Virus record (IMG/VR): IMGVR_UViG_3300009509_000004
Coordinates: 42,759-106,758 of that record
Reading direction: 5' to 3' (one strand)
Source: a virus
DNA: 64,000 bases
Shown here in pieces: positions 55,166 through 64,000 of the stretch. Position 1 is the stretch's first letter. Every line of letters begins with the position of its first letter. The notes under the pieces are model-generated. The model did not search any database, had not been told where the DNA came from, and worked only from the letters and a program-made list of their open reading frames with translations. The position numbers were made by a program, and so were the translations under genes.

Positions 55166-56073
55166 CCCGCCAACCTCATCAACTCAAACATCTCAGATGA
55201 CGCAATCAGCGATCTGAACTTGTACGCCATCAAGTGCTTGATCAACAGCCCTTTGTCTCGCTTGGGCTTGATTGCTTTCATGGGCATATCTGTGCGGATT
55301 GTAGTCAACTTCTTGAACAGCAGGATGTCGTCAGCGCCCTCGATGATCGATGCCCTGAACCGCTCTGCGACTGGCCACTCATCCTTGCTCGACTCCTTTG
55401 CGCCCTTGATCACCTTCTTGACAGGCCCAAATGCCTGGATGAGCTTTGCTGCTGTGACCGGCCCAATCCCTCTGATGCCTGGGATGTTGTCAGAATTGTC
55501 GCCTGACAGCGCTTTCAGGTCTGCTATATACCCTGGTGGCACGCCGTGCTTCTCCAAAACACGCTCTTGGTCATACAAGGTATCTTGTGCGCCTCTGAAG
55601 CCTGGTGATGCTGTATATACCTGCTCGGTGATGAGTTGTCGCAAGTCGCTGTCGCCTGAGTAAATCACGACAACGTTGCCTTCAACTTCTGACTCTCTCG
55701 CAAGCCTGCCGATGACGTCATCAGCCTCACAGCCATCGCCATAGTATTGACGCACGCCCATCAAGCGCAGCATCGCCTTGAGCCTCTTTTCTTGCCCAGC
55801 CATATCCTGGATGAGTGCCAACGTTTCCTCATCAGGCTCATCTTTGCGCTTGTAGTCTGGGTACAGGTCACGCCTGAAATTGCCGTGCCCCTCCCAAGCA
55901 ACCATCGACTCGCCGCCATATCTCTGGTGGATCTTGATTGCCACGCTCAGGAAGCCATACATGCCCCCAGTGCCGATGGTTTCGTCACCGACCTCTGCGG
56001 ACAGCATCTTGAATGCATCAGATGTGCGCCACAGCAGGTGACGCCCATCAAAGATGAGCGTGTTTGCCTTCAT
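55162..56073 (-). CDS. 5'-3' exonuclease (flap endonuclease/PolA N-terminal type)
   Basis: [36 protein letters not shown]. Confidence 0.92.
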   Translation of the reverse strand: MKANTLIFDGRHLLWRTSDAFKMLSAEVGDETIGTGGMYGFLSVAIKIHQRYGGESMVAWEGHGNFRRDLYPDYKRKDEPDEETLALIQDMAGQEKRLKAMLRLMGVRQYYGDGCEADDVIGRLARESEVEGNVVVIYSGDSDLRQLITEQVYTASPGFRGAQDTLYDQERVLEKHGVPPGYIADLKALSGDNSDNIPGIRGIGPVTAAKLIQAFGPVKKVIKGAKESSKDEWPVAERFRASIIEGADDILLFKKLTTIRTDMPMKAIKPKRDKGLLIKHLMAYKFRSLIASSEMFELMRLAG

Positions 56074-56074
56074 G

Positions 56075-56293
56075 TCAGCCCCCTTGGCACGCTATTGCCG
56101 CATTGGCCGTCATGACCGCTTCCCTGACTTTCCTGACAGCCGCCGTCTGGTCTGCGCACGATGGCGTGTTTGCTACAATCGCCTCTGCCAGCTTCAGACC
56201 TGCCTCACGGATCTCTTGATACATCCTGGGCTGGTCTGCCTGCGGTGAGTGGTAGGTGAACCAATTCTGCAATTGCTCTTGCGTTATGCTCAT
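56075..56293 (-). CDS. Acb2/Tad1-like helical-hairpin protein (candidate immune-signal sponge)
   Basis: FTYHSP...Y.EIR...LA..I...P...A.RKVREAVMTANAAIA family pattern, recalled from memory. Confidence 0.6.
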   Translation of the reverse strand: MSITQEQLQNWFTYHSPQADQPRMYQEIREAGLKLAEAIVANTPSCADQTAAVRKVREAVMTANAAIACQGG

Positions 56294-56309
56294 CACATCC
56301 TCCTGTGCG

Positions 56310-56594
56310 TCAGAATGGGACATCATCATCATCATAGTCCAACTGTTCAAGGAGTGCTTCACGCTCCTGGTTGGCCTCCCACTCTGCTTGCATCTCGCAC
56401 ATTTCCAAATGTTCTCTCCACATACTCTCTTTGATCTGATGCCAACGTCCCAACACTGTGCGCCGCCTCTTGTTCACCCACGTTGTTGGGTCTGGGTCAC
56501 CAGACCAGAACTGCATCCAGACCTCCCTGAATGTGAGGTCTGTCCTGAAATCGTCATATCTCAGCCCGCAAATGGGGCATTCCTCGCCCCTCAC
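56310..56594 (-). CDS. Zn-finger hypothetical protein
   Basis: CPIC...H...C; DDVPF end. Confidence 0.6.
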   Translation of the reverse strand: MRGEECPICGLRYDDFRTDLTFREVWMQFWSGDPDPTTWVNKRRRTVLGRWHQIKESMWREHLEMCEMQAEWEANQEREALLEQLDYDDDDVPF

Positions 56595-56923
56595 CAGTCA
56601 CAAGCGATCTCTGACTGTTTGTCTGCCCACCATTGTGTGACAATGACCCTTTCAGAATCAGCGTCAACAATCTGGCTTCTTGGCACCCAGTGCTTGTCGC
56701 CATCGATGATGAGCAGCGCCCCCTTCTCTGTAACGTGCTCAATCCCCTCGTATGGGAATGACGCTGTCTTGGGATCGGGGTTGCCGTCATATCCGATGAT
56801 GTCATCGACAGCCCACTCACGTTTTGGCCGCCCATTGCCTCTGTCTTCTCTCCTGCCGCCGTCCTTGGCACGTCTGTCGCTGTTCTTCTTGCCGCGCCTC
56901 ATCTTCTCTCTGTCGATGGCCAT
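56591..56923 (-). CDS. Hypothetical protein (TEKG..L...WVPRSQI)
   Basis: Start reassigned to 56923. Confidence 0.6.
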   Translation of the reverse strand: MAIDREKMRRGKKNSDRRAKDGGRREDRGNGRPKREWAVDDIIGYDGNPDPKTASFPYEGIEHVTEKGALLIIDGDKHWVPRSQIVDADSERVIVTQWWADKQSEIACDW

Positions 56924-56930
56924 CTCATCC

Positions 56931-57716
56931 TCACTTTTTCTTTTTTGCCAGGCAGCACTTGCGCGATCCGCACACGTCACAGACTGGCTCATTATGCGGG
57001 GTTGGCACCCCATCTGGATTGACAATCCATTCCCTATCCAACAGGTTGATTGGGTAGGTTTTGGTTGTCCGGTTGAACACTCTGACCTCCTTTTCATGGA
57101 GATCTGACAACTTTATCAAGCCCAACCTCAATTGGACCTCTGTCCAGACCAACTGGGCAATTGCGTATGCGTCTGCCAAATCCTCGCTGGTCTGCATGTT
57201 TTGCTTGGGCGCTGGTGTCTTCTTTGTGGGCTGCGCCGGTGGTTGATCGAGTGAACTGAAGTCGATGTCCCATCGCTTGTCCACAGCCCTGATGACGGCA
57301 TCCTTCTGGCACGTCCCATCATGGGCTGCAAACATCTTGACTGAAGTTGGGTCGTGCAGCCGCATGTTGATCCCTCTGAACCAACACAGGATGCGCGCAA
57401 TGCCGCCGACCTCGCCCAAATAGTGCGCACCTTGCTCTGCCCTGATGGCATAATCCTCGATGCCCACATATTCAGGCATGCTGGGCATGAGCACCTGCTT
57501 GTCGATGAAGTGCTCAATCCATGCCAGCCGCCGCATCCCCTTCACGTGCTTGTCTTTGATCTTGAAAATTTCAGGGTCCATCCTGTGACCACGCTTGGAC
57601 TTGCCCGCCGATCCTGCCAGGTCTGTGTAGTACCAGAAGTTGGTCAGCTCGCCATCGGTGAGCTCAACCATCGCCCCGTGGTTCATGGACACGTCCATGC
57701 CGATCACTTTGGTCAT
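56931..57716 (-). CDS. RuvC-like Holliday junction resolvase
   Basis: IGMD, GIED, DLADAYAIA acidic motifs. Confidence 0.8.
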   Translation of the reverse strand: MTKVIGMDVSMNHGAMVELTDGELTNFWYYTDLAGSAGKSKRGHRMDPEIFKIKDKHVKGMRRLAWIEHFIDKQVLMPSMPEYVGIEDYAIRAEQGAHYLGEVGGIARILCWFRGINMRLHDPTSVKMFAAHDGTCQKDAVIRAVDKRWDIDFSSLDQPPAQPTKKTPAPKQNMQTSEDLADAYAIAQLVWTEVQLRLGLIKLSDLHEKEVRVFNRTTKTYPINLLDREWIVNPDGVPTPHNEPVCDVCGSRKCCLAKKKK

Positions 57717-58339
57717 CCTTCATCCTCCACCTGTAAAAATGCTTGAGCCTCTGCCCTCCAGTCTGTGTCATTGCTGTATTTCTCCAGGTAGCAGATGACC
57801 TCGTTCAAGCGCCTCTCTGCGCCATCTGCATGGCCCTTTGCAACCTCCAAATCTGCTTCCTTCAACTCGACTGACTTGCGGATCTCTTTCAACTCCTTGA
57901 TGGCGTCGTTGAATGCGCGCTGCATTGCCAAAATCACGTGCTCAGATGCTGCAGGATCTTCTGCTGGTCTCTCAGGCTGCTTGGGGAATCGCTCTGGGTG
58001 CGGCTCCATGTGCACCTGTTTTGGCACCTTGACTGGGCTGGGCATGTATTGCTTCACGGTGTACACATTTGACCTGAATGACATCTCGTATCGCTTGCAA
58101 ATCTTTGCGACATCACCGCAAGCGTTCACAGGTTGGTCGTCAAACTCATACTTGACAGACCATACAGTGCCATCCCTCAACTTGTCTTGCCCACCATTCT
58201 GCAGCAGAGCTGTGTCCAACTCTGAAGCAAATTCCTGCCAACGAGGATCATCAGTGGCTCTTGACATCTTGAAGCAATCTCTGGAATCGTCCTTGTAGTG
58301 GAGCAATTCCAGACCAACCATCGTTTCTGCCCTAGCCAT
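57713..58339 (-). CDS. Hypothetical protein with C-terminal coiled coil
   Basis: Start about 58339. Confidence 0.55.
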   Translation of the reverse strand: MARAETMVGLELLHYKDDSRDCFKMSRATDDPRWQEFASELDTALLQNGGQDKLRDGTVWSVKYEFDDQPVNACGDVAKICKRYEMSFRSNVYTVKQYMPSPVKVPKQVHMEPHPERFPKQPERPAEDPAASEHVILAMQRAFNDAIKELKEIRKSVELKEADLEVAKGHADGAERRLNEVICYLEKYSNDTDWRAEAQAFLQVEDEG

Positions 58340-58529
58340 CGTTGTACTCAACTTCCTGCCCGCAATCAACGCAGACATACACATTCTTTTGCACTTCTTT
58401 GTGTGGCACCTTCCCGCTTGTGCGTTCATCGCCGCTGATCACGCCATCCAACTCCAACTTCATAACGATCCTGACCTGCGGCTTTGGTTCCTCAATACAG
58501 CCACAATTTTCACAATACCCCCACCCCAT
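58332..58529 (-). CDS. Small Zn-ribbon protein
   Basis: CENC...CVDC. Confidence 0.55.
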   Translation of the reverse strand: MGWGYCENCGCIEEPKPQVRIVMKLELDGVISGDERTSGKVPHKEVQKNVYVCVDCGQEVEYNDG

Positions 58530-60481
58530 TATGTCGCCTCCAACACCGTGTGCCCTCCATGCTTCACGGCAAAGATGGCCTTTTCAAACACCTCTGCAAC
58601 CTGTGCTTCATGGCTGATCACAAAGATGCTTCCACGATGCGCCCTGAGATTCTGGAGCAACAATAGGACGCGTGAACACCCCTCGCCGTCCAGCCCGTCC
58701 AAGACCTCATCGAGCATCAATATGTCAAGGTGGCCGCCTTCCCTCGTGGCGACCAAATCCATCAACCCCAAATCGGTTGCAATCTCCATTTTCTTGAGCT
58801 GCCCGCCGCTGGGTGGATATGAGTCTTCAAGCCCCTCGACCTCCCATTGGATGTCGATCTCATCCCTGAACTCGCCCTTGGTGCTCTTCAACTCACGCTG
58901 TGTGCTGAAATTCATCGTGATGTCGCCGTCTGCCAGTGTCTCCAGGTAATGGTTGGAGCGCTCTGTGATGTACGGCATCACGCTGTCCAAGACGAAAGAT
59001 GGCAACCCCTGATTTGAGAATCCCTTGGACCAGAATTCATAGTGAGCCAGGTGGTTGTTTTTCTCCTTTGCCTCTCTCGTCAGCTCTCTGATGCGTTCTT
59101 TGTACTGTGCAACCTTCCCCTTGGCCTCAACCAGTTGCGCTTCATAGGGGTTGGCTTTTGTCGCCTCTCGCTTGGCCGCCGCCATCTCTTTTCGGGCAAG
59201 CTCAATGTACTGCTTTGCCTTCTCTCTCAGCTCATCGACCCTGTGTTCAGCTGCCGCGATCTCTGCTTCAGCCTCTGCGATCTGTTCTTTGAGGTCACCG
59301 ACCTCTCTGAGCAACGCTGCCTGCTTTGCGCCTTCTTTGCGCTTGGCCTGATACACCTTGCTGACTTTGGCAACTGCTGCCTCCTGGACAGCCACTTCTT
59401 TGTTTGCTTTGTCCAGCGCTTCCTTGATCTTGTCCCTGTTTGCCTTCAACGCCTCGATGTGATCGTGTGCTGCGCCCTCGTTTAGCGGTGTTGTGCAAAC
59501 TGGGCACGTGTCGCCGTCCAGCTCGTCAAGCTGCTTGTTGGCAATCTTCAGCGTTGTGCTGAACTCTGCCGCCCTCTTGCCAGACTCTGCCGCCCCTTCC
59601 TCAAGCGTGTCAACGTCATTGGACAGCTTCTCAGCTTCCTTCCATGCCTTCCCAGCACGTGCTGCGCTGTCCTCAACGACCTTCAACTCAGCCTTCAGCG
59701 CCTCGACATCTGGAAGCTCTGGCTCATCGTCTGCCTGTGCGATTGCCGCTTGCGCCGCCTCCTTGAACTCTTTTGCTTGGAGTTTGTGCTGCGCAATCAC
59801 ACCTTGGCGATCATCCTCCCACTCATCGTGGTCTGCTTGCATCGCCTCGATGTCGTGCTCATCGATGCGCGTTTGGAACGTGGCCATGTCATCCTCGATG
59901 GCCTTGACCTCGTTGCGCATCTTTCTGGCAACGTCCTTGATGTATTCATGGCACTTCGCCAGGATCTCTGTCCTCATGATCCTGTGAAGCATGTCTTTGC
60001 GTTCTGCATCTTTGGTGCGCGGGTGAGCAAACCTGGCTGAGTCATTCTGGCCATACAACACTGTGTTCTTGAATGCCCTGAAGTCAAGCCCGATCATCTC
60101 GATGACCTTGGCCTGGACATCCTCTTTGCTGCCCTTGTATGGCTCGCCGTCTGGCTTGACCAGCTCAATGCTGGGTGAGCCTTTGATGCGTGAACGCCTG
60201 ATTGTCCAATACTCGCCTTTGCCATCAACCAACCGCGTTTCAACCAGCGCCTTCTTTGCGCCGTTGTGGATGATCTTGTCACCCTTTTCGCCGTCAATTG
60301 TCTCGCCATACAGACACCACGTCAGCGCCCTGAAGATCGATGTTTTGCCCGATCCGTTGGAGTCAGCCGCCGCCGTGTCTCGATTCACACCACCGACCCA
60401 TACAAGCCCTTGCTTGTACAGTGGCAGCGTGAACTCCTTGTATGGCCCAAAGTCCTTTGCCGTGATGTCATACAGCTCCAT
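58529..60481 (-). CDS. SbcC/Rad50-like SMC ATPase (T4 gp46-like)
   Basis: NGSGKT, CPVC Zn hook, SGGQ, LMLDE, ISH. Confidence 0.92.
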   Translation of the reverse strand: MELYDITAKDFGPYKEFTLPLYKQGLVWVGGVNRDTAAADSNGSGKTSIFRALTWCLYGETIDGEKGDKIIHNGAKKALVETRLVDGKGEYWTIRRSRIKGSPSIELVKPDGEPYKGSKEDVQAKVIEMIGLDFRAFKNTVLYGQNDSARFAHPRTKDAERKDMLHRIMRTEILAKCHEYIKDVARKMRNEVKAIEDDMATFQTRIDEHDIEAMQADHDEWEDDRQGVIAQHKLQAKEFKEAAQAAIAQADDEPELPDVEALKAELKVVEDSAARAGKAWKEAEKLSNDVDTLEEGAAESGKRAAEFSTTLKIANKQLDELDGDTCPVCTTPLNEGAAHDHIEALKANRDKIKEALDKANKEVAVQEAAVAKVSKVYQAKRKEGAKQAALLREVGDLKEQIAEAEAEIAAAEHRVDELREKAKQYIELARKEMAAAKREATKANPYEAQLVEAKGKVAQYKERIRELTREAKEKNNHLAHYEFWSKGFSNQGLPSFVLDSVMPYITERSNHYLETLADGDITMNFSTQRELKSTKGEFRDEIDIQWEVEGLEDSYPPSGGQLKKMEIATDLGLMDLVATREGGHLDILMLDEVLDGLDGEGCSRVLLLLQNLRAHRGSIFVISHEAQVAEVFEKAIFAVKHGGHTVLEAT

Positions 60482-61595
60482 GTTCTCCCCTCACGGCTTC
60501 AAGCGCCTCTTTGCCGATCTTTTTGAGCTGCTTCTTGTCCAGCCCCTTGGTCACCACGGCACTGGCATCCACATACTCTGTGATGGCCTGGCCAAGCGTC
60601 AACTTCACAGCTGCGTCTTTGGTCTTTGCATCGCCTGTCAGCCGCTTTTTGTGATGATAGATTGGCTTGTGTTTGTATGACGCCCTGATGGCCTCATCCT
60701 TCAGCGCCTCGCAAAACGCCTTTGCCTTTGGCTTGATCTTGGGCCATTCGGCATGCGTTGCTTCCACCTCGATGCGCACATAGTCGCCAGCTTTCCAACC
60801 TGGATTGACCACCATGTCTTGTGTGACGTGAAAGCGTGGCGTTTCACTCTCGATGTATTTGGTGGCCCTCTTGCCTCCCTCTGTGAACTCGATGATCCAG
60901 AAGCCTGCCGTGCGCCCCCTGTCCCCAAAGTGGTGGTGCATTGGAGCGCCAAGGTACATGCCACGCTTGTCCTTGCCAAATTCCTGCGACGTGTGGAAGT
61001 GACCGCCAATCACCCAGTCAAATCCATCGCACAGCTCATCTGGATCAAGCCCGTCGTCACACGTCCACTCAAGGTGATCGCATCCCAACACGCTGTTATG
61101 GAACAGCAAGACGTTTGTGACGTCCTTGGCGCACAACTTCCTTGCCTCTGCAATCTTCTCTTCAGTTTCCTTGATCGGCATGAATGGCACAGGCAAGAAT
61201 TGCAACCATTTCCTGGGTGCAACCTCGCTGTCAAGGAATCTGATGCGCTCGTGCTCCATGACGCCAAACGCCTCGACAGTGAACCTGCCGCCTCTGATGC
61301 TGTTTGCGTCATGGTTTCCCGCCATGATGTACATCGGCACAGTCGTGGCGGTGAGCGCTTGTATGGTGTGAGTCAACGTCACCGCGTCAACCCGACTCTG
61401 ATCAAACAGATCGCCCAAGATGAAAGTGGCGTCCACCTTGGCCGCTGTTGCTACCTCGTTGATGTGAGCAATCAGGTTGATCTGGTCTCTCAGTCTGTCA
61501 GACACATCCTCAGCGCCTGGCTTTGCAAACGGCAGCCGATTGCTCATGTGGATGTCTGCCGCAAATAGCGCCCTGAATTTGCTCAATTTGCCCAT
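60468..61595 (-). CDS. SbcD/Mre11-like nuclease (T4 gp47-like)
   Basis: DIH, GDLFD, GNHD, GHFH. Confidence 0.92.
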   Translation of the reverse strand: MGKLSKFRALFAADIHMSNRLPFAKPGAEDVSDRLRDQINLIAHINEVATAAKVDATFILGDLFDQSRVDAVTLTHTIQALTATTVPMYIMAGNHDANSIRGGRFTVEAFGVMEHERIRFLDSEVAPRKWLQFLPVPFMPIKETEEKIAEARKLCAKDVTNVLLFHNSVLGCDHLEWTCDDGLDPDELCDGFDWVIGGHFHTSQEFGKDKRGMYLGAPMHHHFGDRGRTAGFWIIEFTEGGKRATKYIESETPRFHVTQDMVVNPGWKAGDYVRIEVEATHAEWPKIKPKAKAFCEALKDEAIRASYKHKPIYHHKKRLTGDAKTKDAAVKLTLGQAITEYVDASAVVTKGLDKKQLKKIGKEALEAVRGEHGAV

Positions 61596-61882
61596 TAGTT
61601 CAACAATCCTTCAAACGTCTTGGGCAACGCCTTCCCCTGCCCCACTGCCTGGACAAGCTCGACAATTGCCACAATCGCTCCTTGTGCTTTTACTTTGTTG
61701 TTCAGATACATCTCCCTGAATCCAAGCGCAGGATCTTCCATCTTCCCAGCTTCCCTGCGCCACCTATCCAATATCTCAAGTGCAAGACGTTTGACAAGGT
61801 CAGCATCGTGATAATCGCCAATCTTGCCCCTGACATCCTCGCACCACTCTTCAGCCGTTCTTTGATCACTCATCTTTCCCAC
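61595..61882 (-). CDS. Hypothetical protein
   Basis: 95 aa; coupled with neighbours. Confidence 0.5.
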   Translation of the reverse strand: MGKMSDQRTAEEWCEDVRGKIGDYHDADLVKRLALEILDRWRREAGKMEDPALGFREMYLNNKVKAQGAIVAIVELVQAVGQGKALPKTFEGLLN

Positions 61883-62955
61883 TTGTTCGCCTGCTCGACC
61901 TCCTTGAGCAGCTTCTGGGCAAGCGCCTCGTTGCTTCTCAAGTTGTCTGCCGCCGATGCCAAGCCCTGGCCCAGCCTGTCATCTCCCCAGGCATACCAGG
62001 AGCCTGATCTTGTTACAATCCCATCAGCCGTTGCCTGCTCTATGAGCGCTGCCTCCTTGTCGATGCCCTTGCCATAGATGATCTCGCACTGCGCCTTTCT
62101 GAATGGCGGTGCGATCTGGTTCTTTTTGCAATGCACCTCGATCTTGTTGCCAATCTTCTGGCCGTCCTTGACATTTGACGCTCGCCTGCCCACGTCCATG
62201 ATCAGGCTGGCATAGAACTTGGGAGCGTTGCCCCCAGCGATCTCGTTGTCATCGCCAAACATCACGTTCATCTTCTTGCGCACCTGGCTGATCCACAACA
62301 GCGCAACATCCTCCTTGGATATTTTGGGCATGAGCTTGGGCAACAATTCTGAATACACCCTCGCCTGGGGTGCCATGTGTTTGTCTTCCCACTCGCCCTC
62401 ATATTGCGCTTTGGTGATCGCTGCGTTCATCGAGTCCAAGACGATGAGGATGGGGACACGCTTGCCTCCCTCCCTCAATTTGGCCGCCCGATCAATGACG
62501 CCTTCAAACGTCTGGAATGCTCGCTCCAGATATGGTGGTTGTGCTATCACCAGGCTGCTTGTGTCAACGCCGATGTTCGCAGCATATTCTGGATCCAGTT
62601 TGTACTCTTTGTCCAGGTACACCGCCACCCCACCAAGCCTTTGAGTCTCAGCCACGATGTGGAGCGCAAGCGTTGTCTTGCCGCTGCCTTCAGCCCCGTG
62701 GATGATCGTCAACCTGCTTCTTGGGATGCCCCCACGACCAATTGCTGCGTCAATCGTGGGGCATTGCGTGGAAATCACGCCCTTGATTTTGATGGCCAGA
62801 CCGTCAGACCCAAGCAGCTGAGCACCACCCTCGCCGACAGCTTCCAATATGCCTTCAAGAACACCTTGTGCATAATTGGACTGCTTGATCGGTGAGGGTG
62901 GGTGCTCGCTGGCCTTGGCCTTGGCCTTGACCTTCACTTGGTTGGTCTTGGCCAT
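61870..62955 (-). CDS. recA: RecA recombinase
   Basis: GAEGSGKTT, LDS, QVR, GGNAPKFYAS, KNQIAPPF, YGKGID. Confidence 0.93.
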   Translation of the reverse strand: MAKTNQVKVKAKAKASEHPPSPIKQSNYAQGVLEGILEAVGEGGAQLLGSDGLAIKIKGVISTQCPTIDAAIGRGGIPRSRLTIIHGAEGSGKTTLALHIVAETQRLGGVAVYLDKEYKLDPEYAANIGVDTSSLVIAQPPYLERAFQTFEGVIDRAAKLREGGKRVPILIVLDSMNAAITKAQYEGEWEDKHMAPQARVYSELLPKLMPKISKEDVALLWISQVRKKMNVMFGDDNEIAGGNAPKFYASLIMDVGRRASNVKDGQKIGNKIEVHCKKNQIAPPFRKAQCEIIYGKGIDKEAALIEQATADGIVTRSGSWYAWGDDRLGQGLASAADNLRSNEALAQKLLKEVEQANKWER

Positions 62956-62960
62956 CACTC

Positions 62961-64000
62961 TCAACCTTTTGCTTTCGCCTTGCCCTTCTTGCCCTTGGAG
63001 ATTTTGGTCAGCTCATCGTCAAGAGCATCCAACCCCAGCTCGTCATCGTCATCGTCGCTGGGCTTGGGTTTCTTGGCCTTCACCACCTTGGGCTTGTCTG
63101 CAGGCTTTTTGTTTTTCTTGGGCGGTGGAGGTGGCTCATCATCTTCATCCTCGTCATCGCCCTCTTCATCCTCGTCATCGCTGTCGTCATCGTCGTCATC
63201 GTCGTCAGCGTCGTCATCGTCGTCAGCGTCGTCATCATCCTCTTCATCGTCATCGTCGCTGTCGTCGTCATCGTCGCTGTCGTCACCGTCGTCATCTTCC
63301 TCCAGCTCATCTTCATCGTCGCTGTCGTCAGTGCCTTCGGTGTCGTCATCCTCATCCCAATCGCCCTCTTCATCATCGTCACTTTCCTCAACCTTCACAC
63401 CGCTGAGGATTGCCTCGATCTCCGATGGCGCTTTGATGAGGTTAGCCATGACCTTGAACAGATCGCAGTCACCGCCCTCGACCATGGCCGCCTCGATGCG
63501 CTTGCGCAATTTTGGCGGCAACTTGAATGGCTTTCTGAGCGTTTCAACGTCAGCCGTCACCTTGTAGCGGGTGTCATTCTTGCCCTTGCCCTCTCTGTGG
63601 ACCATGGCCAAGATCGCCCCATCCATATCGGTGATGTCGCCAGCTTCGATGAACAACTCCATGATGCCGTCATAGATGGTCTTGCCGACCATTGCGACAG
63701 ATGGCTTCCCTGGCAGCTTGCGCCATTCCTCAGCCTTGCTGCCCCGATGCTTGAGCGGGGTGATGCCCCACAGGAAGCGTTGCTGCCTGCGCGACTCGTC
63801 AGCCTCTGCCTCTGACATCTTGCCACTGTCCATTGCCTCTGCCAACGGACACTTCCCTGTGAGCTTGATCTTGCGCTTCTTGAGAAACGCCTTCACAAAT
63901 GGGTGCTCCACAATCGGGTTGGCAGCTGGGTCAAGTGACACAACCATGGCGTTGTTCTGACCAACCCCATAGTGCACTGCCGCCTCGATGTAGTTGGTGC
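62961..64000 (-). CDS. Putative single-stranded DNA-binding protein with long acidic tail (5' end off window)
   Basis: Frame open to window edge; CPL, ITD...G...REGKGKNDTRY.V pattern of gp32-like phage SSBs; next to recA. Confidence 0.6.
   Translation of the reverse strand, partial: TNYIEAAVHYGVGQNNAMVVSLDPAANPIVEHPFVKAFLKKRKIKLTGKCPLAEAMDSGKMSEAEADESRRQQRFLWGITPLKHRGSKAEEWRKLPGKPSVAMVGKTIYDGIMELFIEAGDITDMDGAILAMVHREGKGKNDTRYKVTADVETLRKPFKLPPKLRKRIEAAMVEGGDCDLFKVMANLIKAPSEIEAILSGVKVEESDDDEEGDWDEDDDTEGTDDSDDEDELEEDDDGDDSDDDDDSDDDDEEDDDDADDDDDADDDDDDDDSDDEDEEGDDEDEDDEPPPPPKKNKKPADKPKVVKAKKPKPSDDDDDELGLDALDDELTKISKGKKGKAKAKG
63137..63387. repeat. Low-complexity (TCG/TCA)n tract encoding poly-Asp/Glu
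   Basis: Direct reading of the sequence. Confidence 0.85.

Noticed and set aside
1-64000. Contractile injection system/tailocin, prophage, or tRNA genes
   Set aside because: Capsid, portal, terminase and replication genes indicate a complete phage. No integrase, repressor, host genes or tRNA cloverleafs were recognised by eye; tRNAscan-SE would confirm.

Overview
The window is a 64-kb segment of a large, apparently lytic myovirus-type phage (contractile tail). Essentially every gene is on the minus strand, and no integrase, tRNA, rRNA or CRISPR array was seen. Read in the direction of transcription (right to left), it holds five blocks. (1) A recombination/repair/nucleotide block: SSB-like protein with a long acidic tail, RecA, Mre11/Rad50-like nuclease pair, RuvC-like resolvase, Acb2/Tad1-like protein, 5'-3' exonuclease, family-4 UDG and dCMP deaminase. 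(2) An early-gene array at about 45.1-53.3 kb built from 8 copies of a terminator + sigma70 promoter + leader module. (3) Small hypothetical genes, a ~1-kb non-coding tract, a TerS candidate, DNA ligase, dNK and HNH. (4) Head genes: TerL, portal, a MuF protein fused to a PI3K/HipA-like kinase, a split XkdF protease/scaffold pair and the major capsid protein. (5) Accessory virion proteins, then neck, sheath, tube, a -1 frameshifted tail chaperone and a partial tape measure protein. The most striking candidate system is RNA-level control of the early cassette array: shared leaders (GGAGAACGG, some with a covarying ANGGCAWA hairpin), the only plus-strand promoter driving a structured C-rich ncRNA, an anti-leader sequence in a 3' UTR, and an adjacent Sm/Hfq-like gene. 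Other notable items are the virion MuF-kinase with a candidate immunity gene and a C-terminal KSFWxGVL motif shared by the scaffold and a distant protein. Family assignments come from motif recognition only; no database searches were run.
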